In this document: in pieces, positions 45,531 to 54,341 of the stretch | Layout: each line of letters opens with the position of its first letter | How positions within the stretch are numbered: the stretch's first letter is position 1 | Origin: Flavobacteriales bacterium | GTDB lineage: Bacteria > Bacteroidota > Bacteroidia > Palsa-965 | DNA length: 64,000 bases | Direction: 5' to 3' | Assembly (NCBI GenBank): GCA_040377305.1 | Contig: JBEIPA010000002.1 | Coordinates: forward strand, 32,001-96,000 | Translations under genes and position numbers: made by a program | Notes under the pieces: generated by a model | What the model saw: the letters and a program-made list of their open reading frames with translations, nothing else | Databases searched by the model: none | What the model was told of the DNA's origin: nothing

Positions 45531-47159
45531 ATGCGAGGCAGACTCTTCCTGTACACATTCATATCCGGCCTACTCTTCTTCCTCGCCTGGCCGGTAAAAG
45601 GATTTCCGTTTCTGCTTTTTGTTGCTTTCGTGCCCCTGCTGATGATTCAACATTACATCAGCACCGACAATCGTTTACGCGCGCGACATCTTTTCTTCTA
45701 TTCTTACCTCGTATTCCTCATGTGGAATGTTGGCGCAACCTGGTGGGTAGCCTGTATTCACACCGGACAGGAAGCCGCTTACGGAGCTTTCGCAGCGAAT
45801 TCCTTGTTGATGGCATTCACATTTCTGGTTTATCACAAAGTAAAACGTGCACTGCCCGAACGTTATGGAACCTTCGCATTAATACCACTCTGGGTTTGCT
45901 TCGAATTTCTTCACCACGATTGGGATTTAACCTGGCCCTGGCTCACACTCGGAAACGGTTTTGCTTCGTGGAATGAATGTGTTCAGTGGTATGAGTACAC
46001 CGGAACGTTCGGAGGAAGCTTCTGGGTTCTCCTCATCAACGTTTTGATTTTCGATTTGTGGATTTACAGAAACACCTTGCTGCGTCCGTTTAAACGCAAG
46101 CTCATCTACATATCGTCGCTTGCATTCGTGATTATTTTTCCGCTGGTAAGCTCCCTAATCATTTACAATTCCGTTGATCCACAAAAAGGTGACCTGAGTA
46201 TTGACGTAGTTGTAGTTCAGCCGTCAATTGATCCTTATGAGAAGTTTGGCGCCTTGTACCGCGAACAGCTCGAGAAAATGCTGGCACTCGCCGAAGAAAA
46301 AATCGATACGAGTGTTGATTATGTTCTGCTTCCTGAGACTGCGTTGACTGAAAGTTTCTGGGAGAACGACATGCAGTATTCTGTGAGCATTAGACGATTG
46401 TATGAGTATCGTTCCAACTATCCGAATCTTGCCATCGTTACTGGTGCGGCAACAGGACGCTTTTTCATCAATGGAGAAACACCAACCGCGGCGGCACGCA
46501 AATTCAAACAGCAGGAAGGTTGGCATGAAAGCTACAACACAGCTTTGCAGATCGATACAACACACAAATTTTCCATTTACCACAAATCGAAATTGGTGCC
46601 GGGAAGTGAGAAGCTCCCTTTTCCATGGCTGTTCGGCTACTTCGAAAACTTTGCAATGGATTTGGGTGGCACGGTTGGAACACTTGGAATACAGGACGAA
46701 CGCAGTGTGTTCTATCATCCAGGTAACAAAACCGGAATTGCTCCAGTAATTTGTTACGAATCCATTTACGGAGAGTACGTGAGTGAGTACATTAACAATG
46801 GCGCTCGATTCATATTTATCATGACCAACGATGGGTGGTGGGACGATACTCCAGGCTATCATCAACATCTCGCATACGCAACGCTTCGCGCTATTGAAAC
46901 CAGAAAAAGCATTGCACGTTCTGCTAACACCGGAACATCTTGTTTCATCAACATGCGTGGAGAAGTTGAGCAACCACAAGCATGGTATGCTGAAACAGCG
47001 ATTCGTCAGAAAATCTATTCTTCCAACGATCTGACCTTTTACACGAAGCACGGCGATTACATTGCTAACTTCTGCAAATGGCTCACCTGGGGATTGATCG
47101 CATGGTTCTTTGTGCGACTTTTCATGCAATTCCGCAAAAAAGGCAATAAGTCCGCATAA
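45531..47159 (+). CDS. lnt: Apolipoprotein N-acyltransferase
   Basis: TM N-terminus, WPWLTLGN, nitrilase triad PETA / YHKSKLVP / ICYES, TNDGWW, ARSANTGTS. Confidence 0.93.
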   Translation: MRGRLFLYTFISGLLFFLAWPVKGFPFLLFVAFVPLLMIQHYISTDNRLRARHLFFYSYLVFLMWNVGATWWVACIHTGQEAAYGAFAANSLLMAFTFLVYHKVKRALPERYGTFALIPLWVCFEFLHHDWDLTWPWLTLGNGFASWNECVQWYEYTGTFGGSFWVLLINVLIFDLWIYRNTLLRPFKRKLIYISSLAFVIIFPLVSSLIIYNSVDPQKGDLSIDVVVVQPSIDPYEKFGALYREQLEKMLALAEEKIDTSVDYVLLPETALTESFWENDMQYSVSIRRLYEYRSNYPNLAIVTGAATGRFFINGETPTAAARKFKQQEGWHESYNTALQIDTTHKFSIYHKSKLVPGSEKLPFPWLFGYFENFAMDLGGTVGTLGIQDERSVFYHPGNKTGIAPVICYESIYGEYVSEYINNGARFIFIMTNDGWWDDTPGYHQHLAYATLRAIETRKSIARSANTGTSCFINMRGEVEQPQAWYAETAIRQKIYSSNDLTFYTKHGDYIANFCKWLTWGLIAWFFVRLFMQFRKKGNKSA

Positions 47160-47276
47160 TTTCCCGTTAAAATGTGTGGATTCAGCACGGATTTTGCATC
47201 CTACCACTGAACCTGAAGGAATGTTAACTGTACAGGTTCATACAGTGAAATCTGGTAACTTTAGAACTGAGTACTC

Positions 47277-48686
47277 ATGAGAAAGTCGTTACTGCTTCTT
47301 CTTGCTTTTTTTCCGCTAACGTTCTTCGCGCAAAATCTGATGCGTAATGGTGGATTCGAAAGCACCAACACGAATGTGATCAATACGTGGCTGAAAGAAA
47401 ATCCGGTGGGAACGCAACTCGTGGAAGGTTGGAAAACTCCGACGCTTGCCACTCCTGATTTTTACAATTCAGATCAATCGACCTGCGACGGTTTTCCTGT
47501 TGCAGCTGCCCGTACAGGAACAGGTCGGGCGGCGATAATCTGCGGAATGCAGAATCAGCTGCCGGGCGTACGCAACTATAAAGAATATCTGCAAGGCGAA
47601 TTGACTTCACCACTGGAGTCGGGCAAAGAATATCGGGTGAGCTTTTGGGTTGCGCTCGATTGTGCTTCACCTCAGGCTTCAACCGGAATTGGTGCATACC
47701 TCACAGACGAACGTGTTACGCAACAGTCGAAAGAGCGATTACCATTCAAGCCGCAGGTGATTTCATACGAACACATCACTTACGAAGATGGTTGGACATT
47801 AATCTCCGGAACTTTCAAAGCGCATGGGGGCGAGAAGTACATTACGCTTGGAAGTTATTCGGATACGGCAATAATCGATCTTGCTTCATTGGGATCAAGA
47901 CCAATGACGTTCATTGCATCCCCGCACATTGGAATGCATGTGTACTACTACATGGATGATGTGTGCGTTTCCCTTGCAGATCAGGAATCCTGTGATTGCA
48001 AAAAAGTTTCCGGTCAGCAAACCACAAGCGAATATTATTTCTTCGTGCTCGATGCTTCAAACTCCATGAACGAGTCGGGAAAACTTGACGAAATGAAAGA
48101 GCAGATTCTCAAGTTTGCTGATAGCATTGATGCGAGAAACAAAATCGCTGTCATGATTTTCGCTGAAGCACCTTCTCTTATATTGCCGTTTACCGCTGCT
48201 AACGAGCACAAGATCATTCAGAAGAAAATCAGCAAGATGAAAGCGAAAGGTGGCACCAATGGCGACCTTGCAATTAAGCGTATGTACAAGTATATCGACA
48301 GCATCAATTTGCCTGAACAATGTCACGTGATTTTTGCGACCGACGGAATCTTCCGCATCAGCAAGAATACGAAAGCGGAAGCCGATAGTGTGCTCATCCG
48401 AACGAAAACTTCTTTTTGTGTATTGCAGTTCGGGGATCAGAAAAACGAAGACCTCGAAGAAATTGCCAACACCGTGGAAGAGGGACTTTTTGTAATGGCT
48501 AACGACAATAACTTGTCTGAGGTTTTAGCCCAGCAGCGTCCGGAGATTGAACAGTTCATAGAGAAACCTTCTACGGTTTACTACACAGAAATATCCAGCG
48601 ATATTGATCCGATGCTGCTTCAGATCATGATTGCCTCAAATCCAGGTGATCAGTTCATGAAGATTCCGAGGATTGGAAGGGAGTAG
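47277..48686 (+). CDS. Secreted protein with N-terminal jelly-roll/CBM-like domain and C-terminal vWA domain
   Basis: Signal peptide, QNLMRNGGFE, EYLQGEL..PL..G..Y.VSF, YYYMDDV; MIDAS LDASNSM, GGTNG, FATDG. Confidence 0.8.
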   Translation: MRKSLLLLLAFFPLTFFAQNLMRNGGFESTNTNVINTWLKENPVGTQLVEGWKTPTLATPDFYNSDQSTCDGFPVAAARTGTGRAAIICGMQNQLPGVRNYKEYLQGELTSPLESGKEYRVSFWVALDCASPQASTGIGAYLTDERVTQQSKERLPFKPQVISYEHITYEDGWTLISGTFKAHGGEKYITLGSYSDTAIIDLASLGSRPMTFIASPHIGMHVYYYMDDVCVSLADQESCDCKKVSGQQTTSEYYFFVLDASNSMNESGKLDEMKEQILKFADSIDARNKIAVMIFAEAPSLILPFTAANEHKIIQKKISKMKAKGGTNGDLAIKRMYKYIDSINLPEQCHVIFATDGIFRISKNTKAEADSVLIRTKTSFCVLQFGDQKNEDLEEIANTVEEGLFVMANDNNLSEVLAQQRPEIEQFIEKPSTVYYTEISSDIDPMLLQIMIASNPGDQFMKIPRIGRE

Positions 48687-48792
48687 GCAAGTCAGCAGAA
48701 TATCCGGGTGCAGCGCGCTAAGGATTTATCACTTCACTTCCCGGATATTTGACTGCCGACTGACAGACTGCCCCACTGCCTACCTATCTTTG
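48683..48792 (+). promoter_or_regulatory. Inverted-arm element with GACTG/ACTGCC repeats followed by -7 box for hemH
   Basis: AATATCCGGG / CCCGGATATT arms; GACTGCC GACTGACA GACTGCCC CACTGCC; TATCTTTG at 48785-48792. Confidence 0.55.
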
Positions 48793-48799
48793 CGGCACA

Positions 48800-49816
48800 A
48801 TGAAAACCGGCGTCCTCCTCATCAATCTCGGCACACCCGATAGTCCTTCAACAGCAGATGTACGCAAGTACCTGCGCGAATTTTTGATGGACCCAAAAGT
48901 GATCGACATCAATCCGGTGTCGCGTTGGATGCTCATCAATCTCATCATCGCTCCTACGCGTGCGCCTAAGTCAGCTGCATTGTACAAAACAATCTGGACC
49001 GATGAAGGTTCTCCGCTTTTGTTTCATGGAGAAAAACTCACGAAGAAAGTTCAGGCTCTTCTCGGCAATGACACTCCGGTTGTTCTGGGAATGCGATACC
49101 AGAGTCCGTCGTTGAAGAAAGCACTGATTGAATTGCGCGATCAGAAAGTTGACCGCATCATTGCACTTCCTCTTTACCCGCAATATTCTTCCGCAGCAAC
49201 CGGCTCAACGATTGATGAACTGAACGATCTCAAAAAAGAAATCAAGGGTCTGCCCGAAATGAAAATTATTGAGCGGTTTCATCATCTTCCCGAATTTCTT
49301 GACGCGATGATTGATGTTGCGAAACAATATGATCACACACAATACGATCACGTGATGTTTAGCTTTCACGGTGTTCCGGAACGACAGATCACAAAAACTT
49401 CAGTGGAACTCGGTGACGGCAAATGCAGTTTCGGTTCATGCTGTGAAGTGATTACTGATCGCAACAAATATTGCTATCGTGCAAATTGCATTCAAACGGC
49501 GCGTGAGCTTGCAAAGCGTTTAAACATTCCGAAAGAACGTTACACCATTTGTTTTCAGTCGCGCCTGGGACGTACTCCATGGCTGCAACCGTTCTCAGAT
49601 CATGTGGTAACTGACCTCGCCAAACAAGGGAAGAAAAAAATACTCGCCTTCTCTCCTGCATTCGTTGCCGATTGCCTCGAAACCATTCACGAAATTGCCG
49701 TTGAATACGATGAGCTATTCCGTGAGCATGGAGGAGAAAAAGTTCAGCTGGTTCCTTCCTTAAACAGCAATGATTCCTGGGCAGAAGCTCTGCGGAAAAT
49801 TATCCTCGCGAATTAA
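48800..49816 (+). CDS. hemH: Ferrochelatase
   Basis: GVLLINLGTP, SPL, LPLYPQYS, FSFHGVP, FQSRLG..PWLQP, FVADCLETIHEI. Confidence 0.96.
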   Translation: MKTGVLLINLGTPDSPSTADVRKYLREFLMDPKVIDINPVSRWMLINLIIAPTRAPKSAALYKTIWTDEGSPLLFHGEKLTKKVQALLGNDTPVVLGMRYQSPSLKKALIELRDQKVDRIIALPLYPQYSSAATGSTIDELNDLKKEIKGLPEMKIIERFHHLPEFLDAMIDVAKQYDHTQYDHVMFSFHGVPERQITKTSVELGDGKCSFGSCCEVITDRNKYCYRANCIQTARELAKRLNIPKERYTICFQSRLGRTPWLQPFSDHVVTDLAKQGKKKILAFSPAFVADCLETIHEIAVEYDELFREHGGEKVQLVPSLNSNDSWAEALRKIILAN

Positions 49817-49872
49817 TTCTTAGCGCCGAATAAACCTCGGCTGGCGACTGTATTTTTTTGCAGTTTTACAGT

Positions 49873-51108
49873 GTGAAACGCACGTGGAAGCAATTGCCAG
49901 ATCTGAATTCAAACGACAGTGAAAAACTGCATCGTTTGTTTCTTCGGTATGATGTGGCAGTTTCCTACAGCGGTGATGGATGGAAAGGCGGTCCACTCAT
50001 GGGATTTGGTTCCATCTCCCCGGCACAATCGCTCACAAATATGGAAGCTTTTCAAAGCAACGATTTTGTCTTCGGACACGTTGCTTATGACGTAGCGAGC
50101 GATCAGTCAGACACCGGAGACGGATTTGCTGCTCTCCATTTTTTCATTCCGAAAATTGTCCTTCGCAAAGAAGTCGGTGAATGGATCGCCGGATATCACA
50201 ATGAAACTGATCTTGCGGAATTCACACACAAGCTGAATCAGGACGCGCAGGTTACGTTCACGATGAATTCAATCACGTTGAATGCTACAACCAGTCGCGA
50301 AGAATATCTGAAACAATGCCGTTCATTGCTCAGGCACATTCAGCGTGGCGACATTTACGAGATCAACTACTGCATTGATTTCACCGGGAACGAGGGTGCG
50401 TTTAATCCGGTAACTGTGTTTCAACAACTCAATACCCTTTCAGAAGCACCGATGTCGGTTCTATATCGCAACGGAAATTCATGGCTCATGTGTGCGAGTC
50501 CGGAAAGATTCATTGCGCGAACAGGAAATAAACTGATTTCTCAGCCCATCAAAGGAACAAATCGTCGCGGTACAAATGCCGATGAGGATAATTCCCTTCG
50601 CGATAAACTCTACAACGATCCAAAAGAACGTAGCGAGAATGTGATGATTGTCGATCTGGTGCGAAATGATTTATCACGTTTGGCCACCCGAGGCAGTGTG
50701 AAAGTATCAGAACTTTTTGGCATCCACACATTTAAAACAGTTCACCAGATGGTTTCTACTGTTGAATGTGAGCTGAAGCCGGAAAGTACTTTCAAATCAA
50801 TCATCGATGCCACTTTTCCAATGGGTTCCATGACGGGAGCTCCGAAAATCAGTGCGATGAAACTTGCCGAAACGCATGAGGCACAACCACGAGGCATCTA
50901 CTCAGGCACAGTTGGCTTCATTCTGCCCAACGGTGACTTTGATTTCAATGTAGTGATTCGCAGTATATCGTGGAACTCAGCTAGTGGAGAGGTTTCTGCA
51001 AAAGCCGGAGGAGCGATTACGGCGAATAGTGATCCGGAATTGGAATATGAGGAGTGCTTGCTGAAGGCGAGGGCGATGATTGCGGCTTTGAACCCTGCAA
51101 TGGTTTAA
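49873..51108 (+). CDS. pabB: Aminodeoxychorismate synthase component I (chorismate-binding enzyme)
   Basis: GDIYEINYC, CASPERF, SQPIKGT, KERSENVMIVDLVRNDL, FPMGSMTGAPK, FNVVIRS; start uncertain (TTG 49858 or GTG 49873). Confidence 0.85.
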   Translation: MKRTWKQLPDLNSNDSEKLHRLFLRYDVAVSYSGDGWKGGPLMGFGSISPAQSLTNMEAFQSNDFVFGHVAYDVASDQSDTGDGFAALHFFIPKIVLRKEVGEWIAGYHNETDLAEFTHKLNQDAQVTFTMNSITLNATTSREEYLKQCRSLLRHIQRGDIYEINYCIDFTGNEGAFNPVTVFQQLNTLSEAPMSVLYRNGNSWLMCASPERFIARTGNKLISQPIKGTNRRGTNADEDNSLRDKLYNDPKERSENVMIVDLVRNDLSRLATRGSVKVSELFGIHTFKTVHQMVSTVECELKPESTFKSIIDATFPMGSMTGAPKISAMKLAETHEAQPRGIYSGTVGFILPNGDFDFNVVIRSISWNSASGEVSAKAGGAITANSDPELEYEECLLKARAMIAALNPAMV

Positions 51109-51223
51109 CCCTTGCAGGGTGTTCAATTATCCGTTTTCAAACGTTTGTTACCGACTAGTTCCAAAACCTTGGTGTAACTCGCGCGCGCGCATAACCCTCC
51201 AAGGGTTAAACCCTTGCAGCGTT
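51091..51223. repeat. Pair of palindromic REP-like units (family C)
   Basis: AACCCTGCAATGGTTTAACCCTTGCAGGGT (from 51091, overlaps the pabB stop) and AACCCTCCAAGGGTTAAACCCTTGCAGCGTT (51193-51223). Confidence 0.7.
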
Positions 51224-51239
51224 ATCGTAACTTCGCGCT

Positions 51240-52562
51240 GTGCTATCCACGGATTACATCCTTCACATCCTCAAAACCGAGTGCGCCTACAAACACGGCG
51301 ACTCAGTTCTCGTTGGTGTTTCCGGCGGAGCAGATTCGGTTGCACTGCTGCATTTACTTCAAGCGGCAAATGTTCCTGTTGCTGCAGCACATGTGAATTA
51401 CGGATTGCGCGGTGATGAATCAGATGGCGACGAAAAGTTTGTGAGTGAGTTGTGCGCGAAATTGAATGTGCCACTTTATACGCGGCAGACAAATCGTTCT
51501 GCGCTGGAAGCATTGCACAACAATTTGCAGAAAGCCGCACGCACGTTTCGTTTTTCATTCTTCGATGAGATTGCCAGCAAAGAATCGATGAACTTCATTG
51601 CGCTCGCGCATCATGCCGATGATCAACTTGAAACTGTTCTTATAAATTTTCTGCGTGGTTCCGGACTAAGTGGCATGACAGGCATGAGCTTCATTGATCC
51701 ATATGATGGCGTGTATATTCGTCCTATGCTCGATGTTAACCGGGAAGAAATTGAAAAATATCTCCGCAGGCATAATCTGGAATGGCGTGAAGATTCTTCC
51801 AATCAAACCGACGACTATCTGCGCAACCGAATCCGTCACAACGTTATTCCTGCAATCAATTCGGTGGATGAACGCGACGGAAAAGGATGGAAGCATACGA
51901 TTCATCAGCTTTCGAATATCAACGCATTAGTCGGAACGATCATCATGTCGTTGGTGAAGAATGTTCCGGGCGAAAACGGATTAACTTTTCAGATTTCCCG
52001 AAATGATTTACTGGAATATGCGAATCCTGAAATCGTTTTCAATTCCATTTTGCATTCCTTTGGATTCACCATCAGTTTTAACGAGACAGAATTTCCCTTG
52101 CTACTTAAGCAGCAGGTTGGGAAGAAATATTTCTCAGGAAACATGCAACTTACCGTCGATCGCGAACGTTGGATCGTTTCGGAGAATGGAACTTCACAGC
52201 GACAGGGATTTGATCTTGCTGTCGGAGAAGAAATACATGGTTGGGAGTGTTCGGAAAAAATAATTGAAAATCCAGCCGCATTTTCTGGCTTCGAAGCGGT
52301 CCTCAATTCGAACTATAAAGACGAAGCGATTGCAGTCCGCACCTGGAAACATGGAGATCAGTTACAGCCATTCGGTTTTAGCGGCACCAAAAAAGTGAGT
52401 GATGTACTCACGGAAATAAAAGTGCCGTCGAATGAAAAGGAATATTACCCGGTGCTCACGATCAATGACGAAGTTGCATGGATTCCCGGTTACCGAATCG
52501 CTGAAAAATATAAAGTCACTCCCGAAACAAAATCCGTACTTCACATCAAATGGAACAGATGA
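51240..52562 (+). CDS. tilS: tRNA(Ile)-lysidine synthetase
   Basis: VSGGADSVAL PP-loop, HVNYGLRG, LAHHADDQLET, IRPML, YLRNRIRH. Confidence 0.96.
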   Translation: MLSTDYILHILKTECAYKHGDSVLVGVSGGADSVALLHLLQAANVPVAAAHVNYGLRGDESDGDEKFVSELCAKLNVPLYTRQTNRSALEALHNNLQKAARTFRFSFFDEIASKESMNFIALAHHADDQLETVLINFLRGSGLSGMTGMSFIDPYDGVYIRPMLDVNREEIEKYLRRHNLEWREDSSNQTDDYLRNRIRHNVIPAINSVDERDGKGWKHTIHQLSNINALVGTIIMSLVKNVPGENGLTFQISRNDLLEYANPEIVFNSILHSFGFTISFNETEFPLLLKQQVGKKYFSGNMQLTVDRERWIVSENGTSQRQGFDLAVGEEIHGWECSEKIIENPAAFSGFEAVLNSNYKDEAIAVRTWKHGDQLQPFGFSGTKKVSDVLTEIKVPSNEKEYYPVLTINDEVAWIPGYRIAEKYKVTPETKSVLHIKWNR

Positions 52563-53089
52563 AGTTCGAAGAGCAGCAGTACCACGGACTCAATCGTCAC
52601 TCTCTTGTAAGACGATTGTTGCTTGCGGTGTTTTGTTTTGTGACTTACTACTGGAGCGAAAACCCAAAGCCGGTGGTTGTTGGTGAGCTTCGCATCGGAG
52701 AATATCCCGGTGACGTGCAGTACGGAACGCTTTTCTTCGTGCTGGGAATAGCGATGATTGCTTTGTCGGTGCTTCTGCTTTTCGTCCCACACATGAAAGT
52801 GCTCGTGAGCGACACGGAAATTATTCTGCAGGGAAAATTTCCTCCGCGGATGGTGCGCATTCCCCTTTCGGCCATTCAAAGTGTACGGAAAGTCCAGATT
52901 CGTCCATCTATTTTCAATCGCCCCGTATTTAATTTGTTAACCAAAAATCGGGTGCGATTCTACACTTGGGGAAACGAAATGATTGAAATCACCTCAAAAG
53001 AAGGACAGGTCTACCGGATCGGGACTCAAAAGGCAAACGAGTTCTACACCCGGTTGAAAACAGCAGCGGATTCTTCTATTGACTCGTGA
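52559..53089 (+). CDS. Two-TM membrane protein with PH-like C-terminal domain, hypothetical
   Basis: ATGA overlap with tilS stop (alternative ATG 52550); two hydrophobic segments; VRIPLSAIQSV...YRIGTQK. Confidence 0.7.
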   Translation: MKFEEQQYHGLNRHSLVRRLLLAVFCFVTYYWSENPKPVVVGELRIGEYPGDVQYGTLFFVLGIAMIALSVLLLFVPHMKVLVSDTEIILQGKFPPRMVRIPLSAIQSVRKVQIRPSIFNRPVFNLLTKNRVRFYTWGNEMIEITSKEGQVYRIGTQKANEFYTRLKTAADSSIDS

Positions 53090-53239
53090 ACCTTTAAGAG
53101 GTAGCTTCGTTAAAGAACAGTTGCCTTAGGCATGCGTGTTTTTATTGGATGTGATACCGGCTTGACGAATGTGGTATCAATGAAGACCCTGCCGGAAGTC
53201 ATATGTGCAGAAGTTCACCAAACACACACACTCAAACCC

Positions 53240-53530
53240 ATGAGCACAGCTACAAACGCATTGGTTATTGACAAAGAAACTGTCCGTGACCTCAGTTTTC
53301 CAAAAGATGACGTACTTCTCACTCCCGAAGAAAAACGTCAAAGAAGACTTACACTAGACCGGGCACTCATCCTGGGAAATGTTGACCATTCGAAGGTCAG
53401 GATCTATTTCTCCGACAGCGATGGTTTCAAACAAGTAGAAACAACCATCTGGGCTGTTACCGAAGAACGAATCATTCTGAAAAGCGGGATGGTCATTCCT
53501 ATCAGACGAATACACGAAGTGGTAACCTAA
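53240..53530 (+). CDS. Conserved small hypothetical protein
   Basis: Start moved to ATG 53240; IDKE.V..L.FP..DVL, RAL.LGN..H.KV.I.F, VETTIWAVT. Confidence 0.75.
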   Translation: MSTATNALVIDKETVRDLSFPKDDVLLTPEEKRQRRLTLDRALILGNVDHSKVRIYFSDSDGFKQVETTIWAVTEERIILKSGMVIPIRRIHEVVT

Positions 53531-53658
53531 ACCGCAGAATTCGTCGAAAACGCCGGTTTACTCACAAACATTTCTTTGTTAATAACTTTTTCTGCCTATA
53601 TTTGATCTGAAGCAGGAGGCACTAATACCTGCAATCTTTTTAACCTAAACCGCTGATA

Positions 53659-54144
53659 ATGAGAACTTCAGGTAAAGTTCCCGCAGTAATTGTTACACTC
53701 GTACTAATGGGATCGCTTTTCTTTTTGGGAAGCTTTACTCAAACGAACGCAGTGCGCATGAAATGGACCAGCTACGTAATACACCAGCAGAATGGCGAAG
53801 CTGATGTACACTTTGTGGGTACAATTCCGAACGGATGGAAGATCTATTCCAAAACTATGGAAGGCATGACAGGTCCTTTGGCTACGACTTTCGAGTTCGA
53901 TCCATCAGACTCATACGAGTTGGCGGGTGATATCGCTGAGTCGGGCAAGTCAACCAAGTTCTTTGATTCCCAGTATGGATTTGAAGTATCGTGCCTTGAG
54001 GGCCAGGTACATTATATCCAGCACATCAAGATTAAAGATGGTCACGATGCGTTTGTAATTAAAGCGGTTGTGAACTATATGCTGAATCGGACAGGTGAAT
54101 CACTTTCGCCGGACGACGAAGACTTCGAAATCACAATTCAGTAA
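53659..54144 (+). CDS. Stand-alone DsbD N-terminal (Ig-like) domain protein lacking the catalytic Cys pair
   Basis: Signal/anchor; GWKIYS, GPLATTFEF; VNYMLNRTGESLSP where the neighbour has GMACSDMQC. Confidence 0.7.
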   Translation: MRTSGKVPAVIVTLVLMGSLFFLGSFTQTNAVRMKWTSYVIHQQNGEADVHFVGTIPNGWKIYSKTMEGMTGPLATTFEFDPSDSYELAGDIAESGKSTKFFDSQYGFEVSCLEGQVHYIQHIKIKDGHDAFVIKAVVNYMLNRTGESLSPDDEDFEITIQ

Positions 54145-54341
54145 GTAAAACAAGTATCTGCCGGAAGGTGAATTTGTGTTCGTCGTAACATTTGCAACGT
54201 TCACCGCAACTCTTTCAGCACGATCAGGTTTAGGTTAGAATCCGTCAAAGATTCTTTCGTTAATGCTTACTAATAACCTATTAAACGTGTTGAGATAAGC
54301 CTATTTTTGGCACTCAACACGTTTCATTTTTTTGGAGAGGT

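Noticed and set aside
45398-45976. 192-aa ORF with SRSSSRSS/TATATAT low-complexity start
   Set aside because: Translation of the hexamer repeat arms running out of frame into lnt.
45531-47159. lnt in a Bacteroidota genome as an anomaly
   Set aside because: Bacteroides use a different N-acyltransferase, but Lnt homologs are common in other Bacteroidota; not unusual.
46224-47207. 327-aa minus-strand ORF
   Set aside because: Antisense shadow of lnt with no domain features.
47185-47256. Weak hairpin (TGAACCTG/CAGGTTCA) upstream of the vWA gene as a riboswitch or ncRNA
   Set aside because: Only a short stem, and no riboswitch consensus recognised.
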